This document shows, piece after piece, positions 55,077-64,000 of a stretch of 64,000 bases of DNA. The notes beneath the pieces are model-generated. The model was not told the origin of the DNA and ran no database searches. It worked only from the letters and a program-made list of their open reading frames with translations. This DNA is from the human T2T-CHM13v2.0 reference genome, Homo sapiens: NCBI RefSeq assembly GCF_009914755.1, contig NC_060942.1; one strand, given 5' to 3'. Position numbers and translations under genes: made by a program. Position 1 is the stretch's first letter; every line of letters begins with the position of its first letter.

Positions 55077-55553
55077 ATTAGTTTCACTGCATGTGTCAGA
55101 AAGAAAAGAAGCAAGTAAACAAAAAAAAGACAGTGACTTAAATTAGGTAATTTTTTTGTTTTTCCTTTGTAAAATATTTTTTAAAATGCCTAGAGATGGA
55201 AAGTCCATGTTTACATGGTGGGTCATCAGTGTCAGAGATCTAAGACTTTTCTAAATTCCTATTCATTTTTAAACTCAAATTATAGCCAACATTTTTGCTT
55301 TTAGGCTGTAAGCATTATAAAGAGATAGGGAATGTCTTCTCTCCTGTATTTTAGGAAAAATTATTGGAAAATTGACAAATCATTTTTGCTCAGATATCAT
55401 TGGCCAAAACTTATTAGCATGGACACACCTAACTTCAGGAAGAGCTGGGATATTTAATTCTTTGGCTGGTCAGTAGGAGCCCAGATAAAACCTAGGGTCT
55501 TGTTGTTTAGATGAGAGAGATAGATATTGAGAGACAGTGAGCTGTCTTTGCCA
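55077..55553 (-). mobile_element. MLT1J-like MaLR LTR
   Basis: TCATTGGCCAAAACTTATTAGCATGGACACACCTAACTTCAGGAAGAGCTGGGA...GTCTTTGCCA. Confidence 0.65.
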
Positions 55554-55705
55554 AAATTTCCCTCTTGTTCCAGTCGAGCTTCTTAAAACATGGACTATGC
55601 TTGACATATTATTAATTTTTAACTATATTAATAATTTTTAAGTCCCAAATTCAGTATGTTACTTATTGGCTAGAATAAGCCATTTATTTTTATGTCTATG
55701 GTATG

Positions 55706-55739
55706 TTTCATATTTCATGTACTTACATGAAATATGAAA
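55706..55739. repeat. Perfect inverted repeat, 16-bp arms, 2-nt loop
   Basis: TTTCATATTTCATGTA-CT-TACATGAAATATGAAA. Confidence 0.95.
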
Positions 55740-55803
55740 AACCATGAAAATCAAAGTTTTTCCTTCTTCTTAATAACCAAGCCTAATTTAAAGGTGGCTA
55801 TAG

Positions 55804-56410
55804 TCATTCAAAAATATTTATTGAGTTCCTGTTACATGCTGGCTATAGTTTAAAAGGCTATGGATATGGTCCAAACAAAATGTAAAGTAATATCTACAAT
55901 AAATAATATACATAAGTAAATGATATTATTTCAAATAGTTATCAGTGTTATAAAAATAAAGTAGGAAATTGGAGAGTGACTAGAACAGAGAAAGATGTGT
56001 TTTACATTGAGGAGGCAGGTGGCATAATTGGGCAATGTCTTCAATGTTGAGAAAGAGTCAGCCACACAAACATTTGGAAGAAAATTAGCCTAGGCAAAAA
56101 GGGAAGAAAATATTAAAGACCTGAGTCACTGTGTTTAGGTACCTTGGAAATGTTCAGAGTGACCAAGGCATAATGGAGCACTGTGGATAACAGCATAAAT
56201 GATTCAGAGAACTAGATGGATGAGCCTTGGAATGCCTTATAGATAGTAAGCAGTTGTATGGATTTTTTCTAGTTCAATCAGAAGCCATTAATATTCAGGT
56301 AGAGGAATGTTATAATCTCATTTCTATTTAGAGAAGATATTGCAGTTGTGGAATGACTATAATAAATGGAAATAACTTGAAAAAAACTATCACAGTAAAT
56401 CAAGTAAGAT
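55804..56410 (-). mobile_element. L2 (L2a-like)
   Basis: TCATTCAAAAATATTTATTGAGTTCCTG 3' terminus; GAAGCCATTAATATTCAGGTAGAGGAATG body. Confidence 0.7.
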
Positions 56411-56778
56411 TTAATTAGGAATAAGCAGAATCACCCATTCTACAGATTAAGCATGTAACATATAATGGCCTTATTCTAGCTTTGTAAATAAGTGCAAGTG
56501 AAACCACGGTAATTAATACCTTCTTTCTAATTTATTACATGGATACTCCAAGTAAAATTTGCACTTTCTTCCATTGCCATTACTTTTTGTATAAATATTT
56601 TATATATAATTGATCAAGCTTTTACTTATTTTTTTACCAAACTAAACTTATGGCTTATTTTAAACCTCAGTATTATTTTCTACTTCTTTTGTCTGTAAAC
56701 AAAGCTAAAGTAGAAGTGTTCTCAATATTTTTAAAATTGTTATCTTAAGTAAATAATGTGGGTAAAAGTCACTAGATT

Positions 56779-56834
56779 GACTGTAATCATTATTAACAAG
56801 ACAGACGACTGTAATCATTGTTGTCAAGACAGAC
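56779..56834. repeat. 28-bp tandem duplication
   Basis: GACTGTAATCATTATTAACAAGACAGAC / GACTGTAATCATTGTTGTCAAGACAGAC. Confidence 0.93.
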
Positions 56835-56921
56835 TCAAATGGTACTTAAGGTCAATAAAAGTATAAGAAAATCCCATCCTTCGTACTAAAAAATAGCTAA
56901 TTCTGACTAGTATAAAGCTGG

Positions 56922-57293
56922 TATAAATACGTTCTCACACTGCTATAAGAAAATACCCAAGCCTGGGTATTTTATAAAGGAAAGAGGTTTATTTTACTCA
57001 CAGTTTTGTATGGCTTGGAAGGCCTCAAGAAACTTACAATCAGGGTGGAAGGGGAAGCAAACACATCCTTCTTTACAAGGTGGCAGGAGAGAGAAGGGCC
57101 AGCAGGGGAAATGCCAGATGCTTATAAAACCATCAGATCTCATGAGAACTCACTCACTCTGACGAGAACAGCATGGGGGAAACAATCTCCGTGATCCAAT
57201 CACTTCCTGCCGGGTTTCTCCCATCACACATGGGCATTATGGGAACTACAATTCAAGATGAGATTTGGGTGGAAGCACAGCCAAAACATATCA
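56922..57293 (-). mobile_element. THE1 (THE1D-like) MaLR solo LTR
   Basis: TTCTCACACTGCTATAAG...AGCAGGGGAAATGCCAGATGC...CACAGCCAAAACATATCA; TSD GCTGG at 56917-56921 and 57294-57298. Confidence 0.92.
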
Positions 57294-58548
57294 GCTGGTA
57301 TTTTACATCTACCATCCTCACCTTTTAAAGTGAGAAGATAAAAATTGTTACATTGTTTGGGGTCTGGTTACAAAGCTTTTAATCAAATCATGATGGTTCT
57401 CATTGCAGAAAAGTCAAGCACGTCTTGATAAGCACAAAATTGATTCAAATAATTTGTTCTTTTGCCAAGACTATGTGTGGGATCCTGTGTTCAAATTCAG
57501 TTGATCAAATTTTTAACTATAATTATTCAAAATATCTTTATATTGATTCTAATCTTGTCTACGATATGTTGGCATGTGATGATTATATAAATGATTCTTT
57601 TTCTTTTACTTGTATACTAATTGAAGGAAATGACTGGTTCCAATAAAAAGTGAATGTGTATAGAAAAAAAAAATCACTGTATTTTCCAAATCCTGACATT
57701 AAATGAAAGGGATAAAGAATGAATCAGCAACTGTGAAAATACTGGAGGTTGGTCTGAAATGACATGTTTCGTGAAAGTGAGAGAATTGACAATATTTTAA
57801 ATGACTTTTCACAGCAAGAGTCCTTGGACAAATCTATATTATTGGGTGTCTATGTTAACTTTGATGTTCTTGCTGTTATATAATGCATTGCTTCAGAAAA
57901 CATTAAGATCTGCCTCTTAAGAAGAGTTATATAAATATGTATGCTAATTTATTGAGCCTATTTATTAGTATCATAATATTCACCAATGATATGTTAGCTT
58001 ATTCAGAAATTATTACGGCCACCGCATATCGGTAGAGAACTATAGTAACAAGCTCACAAATTTGTTAAAACTTTTGAAGGTATCTCATAACAATGAAACT
58101 CAGGCTTTTTTTTTTTAATTGTAGAACACAAAGGCAGTTAGGAATTTCTGTTAAAATACAACTTTGGCATTCGAACAATTATAATCATTTCTTTGATAGT
58201 AAGCGCTAATATTTAGACTGATATTTAACTATTCTGGCTTGAGGATTATTTTTCAATACTATTTGAACAGACCTCTCTACAGCTGGTTTAGATGTAGTTA
58301 GTCATCACTCCTATGAAACACTAAGCACAGACACAGGTCATTGTTGCTGTACATGAGAATTTTGAGTTATAAGTAGACATTGTTTGCCAAGAGATACCTA
58401 AGGGATCACTGAAATGCCAAATATATTCCTTCCTGCCCTCAAAACATAGCAGCCATTCTACTTCTTCAGGATAATCAGTGTAGCATTTTTTAAATAGTAA
58501 ACTATCATTTAAAGATATTTATAATCAAGAAAATTTTGTTGTATGTTT

Positions 58549-58720
58549 ATCCATGTTACCATCTTGATGCTCTTCAAAACATATTTCATCTATTACCTTT
58601 TTTTCTCTTCTTGAAGAACTTTCTTTTACATTTCTTGTACTGTGGGTCTGCTGCTGATGAATTCTTTTAAACATGCTTATTTTACTTTCATGGTTGAAAG
58701 ATATTTTCGATAGGCATAGC
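58549..58720 (-). mobile_element. L1M ORF1 C-terminal fragment
   Basis: TGAAGAACTTTCTTTTACATTTCTTGTACTGTGGGTCTGCTGCTGATGAATTC...TTGAAAGATATTTTC. Confidence 0.65.
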
Positions 58721-59735
58721 GACATAAAGAGTCACAAAATCCATATTACTTAGCTACTGCTTTGTTGATTTGCAGTAGCCCCCTCTTATCTGGCATGATT
58801 TATCCAGTTTTTCAGGGCATAGACTTATGAATTAAGTGCATCCTTTAAATATTTGGATATGATATCAATGTGTGTCATTATCCTGGGATACTTATATTAG
58901 TTTATATTTATTATCTTTCCAGTGGGAAAGGGGCAGTTTCAGAAGCTTCCACATGAATTTTTCTACTGTAATAGCTCTTAACCCATCAAAGAGTTTTATA
59001 AACAACAAAGAATGTTCATTTAAATTGCACAAGTTCAGTCTAAAGAAATGACTGTCGGGTGGATCCATTAACACAATAGACACATTTTGGACAGATCTGG
59101 GCTAAAAGCACAGTGATCTGAGTCTTAGGTGTGCACTGTATCTACCATCCCTCAAATAGCTTGGTAGGCTTCCCTTCGTTGTGATTACTCCCCAAAACAG
59201 CCATAGGCTTCTTGAAAAACTGGGAGGATCATTACTGTTTACTCTTTTTCTGGTGTTAGAAGGTCCTTCCTCATGGGGATTGGACTTCTCCATAATTTGG
59301 AATTGGTTTAGGTCTGGAAAATGGGCAAAGTGCTGGCTTCAGCACCTTCATTTTAATCTCTTTTGGTTATATATCAAAAGGCACTATTTTGGCTGTCTAT
59401 CCATTTAGCCAGGTACAATGAGTAATCACTGCAGATTCCCACTGGTTATAGAAATTCTAACCTTGTGACTAACTTACACCATTACACATACTTTGCTTCT
59501 GATGGTTAAGTTCTGTCAAATGGCCTTTGTTCTTCTAGGATCCTAGCATCCCTATTCTTACTGGGGAGGGCAGAGCTATAGTGGCATCTTCCACCATCTG
59601 CCCTAGCCTAGAGAAATGACCACTCCTGTGATTTTTTATGATTTTGGGACCTCTCTATCCATTTCGTTCCTGGTATTCTTGATAACTGGAGCTTTCTAAG
59701 GGTCCTCCCAAAGAACATGCTTATCTTATGAGTTT

Positions 59736-59787
59736 TTGCATTTTGTGTAATAGAGCTTTTCTTGCATTTTGTGTAATAGAGCTTTTC
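59736..59787. repeat. Perfect 26-bp tandem duplication
   Basis: TTGCATTTTGTGTAATAGAGCTTTTC x2. Confidence 0.95.
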
Positions 59788-59840
59788 TAACACATCCACT
59801 TCTGTGAGACTGTGTTTGTTTGTTGATGCTAATTTTCTTT

Positions 59841-60150
59841 CATTTTATTCAGCTTTATTGAGATAAGATTGACAGATAAAAAATGCCTATATTTAGGGAG
59901 TACAATGTGATATTTTGATGTTTATATACATCATGAAATGATTAACACAATCATGATAATTAACATATCCATCATCTCATATAGTTACCATTTGTGAGTG
60001 TGGCTGTATGTGTGCGTATGATAAAAACACTTGTGATATACTCTTGGCAAATTTCAAGTGTTTAATGCATTATTATAAGCTACAGTCACAATGCTGTAAA
60101 CTTGATCTCCAATACTTATTCATCTTATAGCTGAAGGTTTATATCCTTGA
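59841..60150 (-). mobile_element. L1MA8/9-like 3' end inserted in the ERVL internal region
   Basis: CAGCTTTATTGAGATAAGATTGACAGATAAAAA...ATTAACATATCCATCATCTCATATAGTTACC. Confidence 0.85.
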
Positions 60151-61171
60151 GATTTTTGATCCATTCCACCACACTTTATTATGGTAGTTCTGGAATCTCT
60201 GCCCCATTTATTGTGGACCGTCCCTTTTTATTACTTTTTCCAAGATTCCAAGAGCCATCAGGGAAGCATAACAGAACTGTCACTTAGATCACTTGCCAGC
60301 ATGTTAGATCCTGGATGTTTACAAACTCTCTTATCAACTGCATATTCCAACTGTCTTATTCTAGCACCTGCAGGATCCATTCTCAGGCATACTGACTGGT
60401 AATGTTAGTCAGGTATCAGCACCTTTTACATATATTCTTTTTATCCATCTGTACTCTGGGCAATTCCCAGTAGATTCATGCTGAAATTTGACCCTAATTA
60501 TATCATGACCAGGGGTGGAGAAAAACCCTGCAGAGGAATAGCACTGTTTGGAAGACAACTGCCTCATTTGAGTGCTCTACCTTATCTTCTGAGAGTCTTT
60601 TAACAGGGGAGGGTGGGCCACTCTTGGAGATCCAGATAGTGCAGGAGGAACTGATGATTCAACATTCTCAAGTGTGTTACAGAGTTAGTCTCATTCAAAA
60701 TCTTAGGGCCTCACTCCTTCCCTCTCAGAGTTCCAACTTTAGTGTTTGAGGCTTTCCTGAAAGTTGGCCCCTCTCAGAATTAAGTGTTGTGCCTTATACT
60801 CAGCCATGTCTATTTTCCAGCTGCAAGAGAGGAGGATCTGTTTCAATATAGCTGAGAAGGCCCTCTGACCCTCACACTTGGCTTTAAATTCTAATTTGAT
60901 CATATGACCTTGTTATTTCCACTATTATATAAATCCATCAAGCTGAGAAATAGTCTCCTAGTTCAATACTTCTCAAATTCCTGAGACAGGCACTGTATCC
61001 CTTTCCAATTCATGCAAGTAAAAGACAGGAGTTACACTGCTGTGGTCTCATAGACTTCCATCACTTCCCCTACCATCAGGGATGGGATACTCCCTGCATT
61101 CATCTGGCAAGTGACCCAAATCCAGGACCTCATCCTGTAAGTCTGCTTTCTAGGGCCACTCACAGTGCCAA

Positions 61172-61550
61172 CTTCCTAAGATCAGGTTCCCTAGAAACAG
61201 ATTGTACAATGGGGATTTCTGTTTAAGTGATTTATTGAGGGAGTACTCTTAGGAAAAATAAAGCATGGGACACAGTTTATGGCCTTAGAGAGAATATAAG
61301 CAAGAGTGCGCTTTCAGTTGGCTTCAGTGTGATCACAAAGGGAACTGAGTTAGTCCTACCTTGCACCCCGTCTGCCCTAGATGGGGTAGGAGTGGGGCTG
61401 GACCCTTGAGTGATGTGGCTGCCTTGGCTGAAGACAATTCTCAGAAGAAGGAAGCAGCTGGGCATTGCTAACAGTCACTGCCAATCGAATAAAGGAAAGG
61501 GGGCCTCACATGAAGGGGCAGTTTGGTGGGGCACTGCCAGAATCCACTCT
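61172..61550 (-). mobile_element. LTR16-family 5' LTR of the ERVL provirus
   Basis: CAGGTTCCCTAGAAACAGA...GATTTATTGAGGGAGTACTCTTAGG...GGTGGGGCACTGCCAGAATCCACT. Confidence 0.7.
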
Positions 61551-62009
61551 AGGAAGTATAACACACTGCAGATTCTGTGGGGTTCTTGAAGCTAATGCTT
61601 TTATGACACAGACCGCACTCAAATGTTTTACTCAAATGTTATATATGTATGTATGTATGTACTCAAATGTATGATAAATTCTATGGTTGCCCCTATCTTA
61701 CATATACTGCATAGTTCTCCCTTCTCGAATCATTCAACAGACAGAATAAAAGATTAGACATGCACTCCAGTAATGAAAATGTAGGGCAGAATGTAAAAAT
61801 TGCCTGAGATCTGAAGTAAAGGGAGATTAGATTTAAGAAGCACTTATTTGAAAAAAAATACTTTGGTGAGTTCATAGTATAATAACAAAGAGGTTTTCTT
61901 TTTATTGTGAGACATAAGAAAACTTGTCCCTTATTGTGAAATTAATAAAGTTTTGTGATATATAAATACATATATATTATTTAATTCTATAATTTTGTAT
62001 TCGTTTTCT

Positions 62010-62311
62010 TTTTTACTTAATTTTCTGAGACAGGGTCTTGCTCTGTCATCCAGGCTGGAGGGCATGATCATGGCTCACTGCACCCTTGACCTCCTGGTCA
62101 CAAGCAATCCTCCTGCCTCAGCCTACCAAGTATTTGGGACCACAGGCATGCACCACCATGCCTGGTTAGTTTCTTAACATTTTTTTTTTTTTGTAGAGAT
62201 GGGGTCTCACTATGTTGCCCAGGCTGGTCTTGAACTCCTGGGCTCAAGCAAGCCTTCTACCTCAGCCTCCCAAAGTGCTGGGCTTATAGGCCTCAATAGC
62301 CATGCCTAGCC
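62010..62311 (-). mobile_element. Alu, AluJo-like
   Basis: GAGACAGGGTCTTGCTCTGTC...GATCATGGCTCACTGCA...CTCCTGGGCTCAAGCAAG. Confidence 0.95.
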
Positions 62312-64000
62312 TATGTGCACAGGTTAGTTCCTAACTTCATGAAGTTTAGGTTAACATAAACATTATATTTTGAAGAGTTTCTTTTTTGCTTCTTTTAGTA
62401 ACTGAAAAGTGAAAACTAAGTGGTTTAATAGCAAACTTTTCCTTATTAAGGAATTTTAAACAAAGGATATTTTAGTTTCTAAAATAGAAGAAAGCATCAC
62501 TTGCAGTTTAAGCTATCGAGAATGGCTGAGGCATCTCCAAAAACCTGAATTCCTTGTATACATTTATCTTTGTAATCATTTTAATAATTATTTGTTAAGC
62601 AGTATTGAAATGCATTACCAATTTTCTAATATACTCCTAAATTTCAGTGAAATTCTACCACACACATATGGGTTAGTGTTTGTGGCATTGGGGGACTTAC
62701 AGGTATGAGGAAGTTATTTTGTTTAGGAAAAAAACACAATAGTGGAGAATAGTGCTTCCAGAAAACTAAGATGACTAAAAGAAAGAGTTTAGAAAAATTT
62801 TGCGTAATTACGGTGATTTTTATTTTCTTCTAAATGAATGTTATAACTTTTGAGGCTTCTCCTCATTCAAGAACTTTAAAAGAGCTCATATGGGTACTAT
62901 GGTATTTGGTTTATAAATCAGAATAGTACATTAAAAGTAAATTATCTTTCCCAAGTTCATATAGATATTGGATGTTGATATGACAGTTGAGATACTATAA
63001 TTTCCAAAGTGAAATTTTATCAGAATGATTTCTTTATAAAATTAAAATGCCTTTGATATTTCAGGATCGTCTTAGACCTGGTATTTTTATTTATGGTACA
63101 CTCAACAGGTTATTTTCTTTCCCATGTATCTCATCAACTTGTGCTGATAGTTTTCAGTTCAAAAGTATATCAGAGTTTGGATTGAAGTCAGTCTCCATTT
63201 CATGTTTGCATTTGAATTTAGGTCTGTCACAAGTGATAAAGAGTGACAAATGTGACATTGTCATGTTGAAAGATCATTAAATGTCACTCTCTGTCCTGGC
63301 AGCAAAATGGCTGGCACAAAGTCAATGATGCAAACCAAATGTGGAGTGTGCAGAGCAGAGATTGATCTTGGGCAGCACTGAGTCCTGCAAGCTGTGAACA
63401 ATCAATCATTTCATTCAAAGGAAGAGTGAAATGAGACTTGATAGTAATGCTGTGCGCATACATACAGCGTTGGACATCTAGCTTGTAAGTGTTTTGATTT
63501 ACACTTATAACTATCTAGTGACCAGTAGATAGAATAACAGTCTGGGAAGACTATATATTTGATCATTGGCTATCTCCTTGACGTTCTTTATGCACCTTAA
63601 GTCTTAAACGGTTTTTCTAACTTCAGAGCATGAATGGCCCAAAATGACTCTTAAGTACAGTCAATCTATTAGAGGTGGGATTTACACACCCTGATAAAGA
63701 AAACATTAAATCTGAATGGCAATGCTATTTCACATCTTCTGTGGCTTTTCCACAAGTGGTGTGTAATTTATTTAGCTTTCTACTTTACATGCTGTTCTCT
63801 CATTTCTGTGAATTGATCCCCTAAAGTTTCTAAATATAAATTGTACTTAAAACAGTGTGAAAATGCTTACACAATATTAATATTTATTTTCAAAAACTTT
63901 TAAAACTATCACACAAAGTATGGAGCACTTCTTAAATGTTTATCCAGTAATTTACTCCATTTGTGTTTTAAATGTAAGCTAGAAAATGAAAACATTGCTA

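Larger units (their letters stand above)
58900..61171 (-). mobile_element. ERVL internal region (HERV16/ERV3-16A3-like), leader and gag relic; distal boundary approximate
   Basis: Minus strand begins AGTTGGCACTGTGAGTGGCCCTAGAAAGCAGAC (PBS/leader-like) directly after an LTR16-type LTR. Confidence 0.65.

Overview
AT-rich primate (most likely human/hominoid: AluY- and L1PA3-type elements present) non-coding DNA, either intergenic or deep intronic. I find no credible cellular protein-coding exon, RNA gene or CpG island. The only ORFs with recognisable homology are the frameshifted ORF2 of a 5'-truncated young L1 (29170-31646, minus strand) and a disrupted ERV-L dUTPase (~8690-9190). The rest is about 14 Alu/FLAM/FRAM copies, old L1M/L2/MIR fragments, many ERV1/ERVL/MaLR LTRs (several nested, with readable TSDs) and microsatellites. 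Repeat family and subfamily names come from my recall of consensus sequences and need RepeatMasker/Dfam confirmation. The most unusual signal is three short same-strand copies of sequence lying 0.9-3.1 kb upstream (150 bp, ~65 bp, 34 bp), with no retrotransposition hallmarks. They sit alongside a TSD-less LTR fragment inside an Alu, a perfect 16-bp-arm hairpin and several 13-28 bp tandem duplications, and together look like fossil templated-insertion/template-switch repair scars. This is a mutational-footprint hypothesis, not a new gene system.
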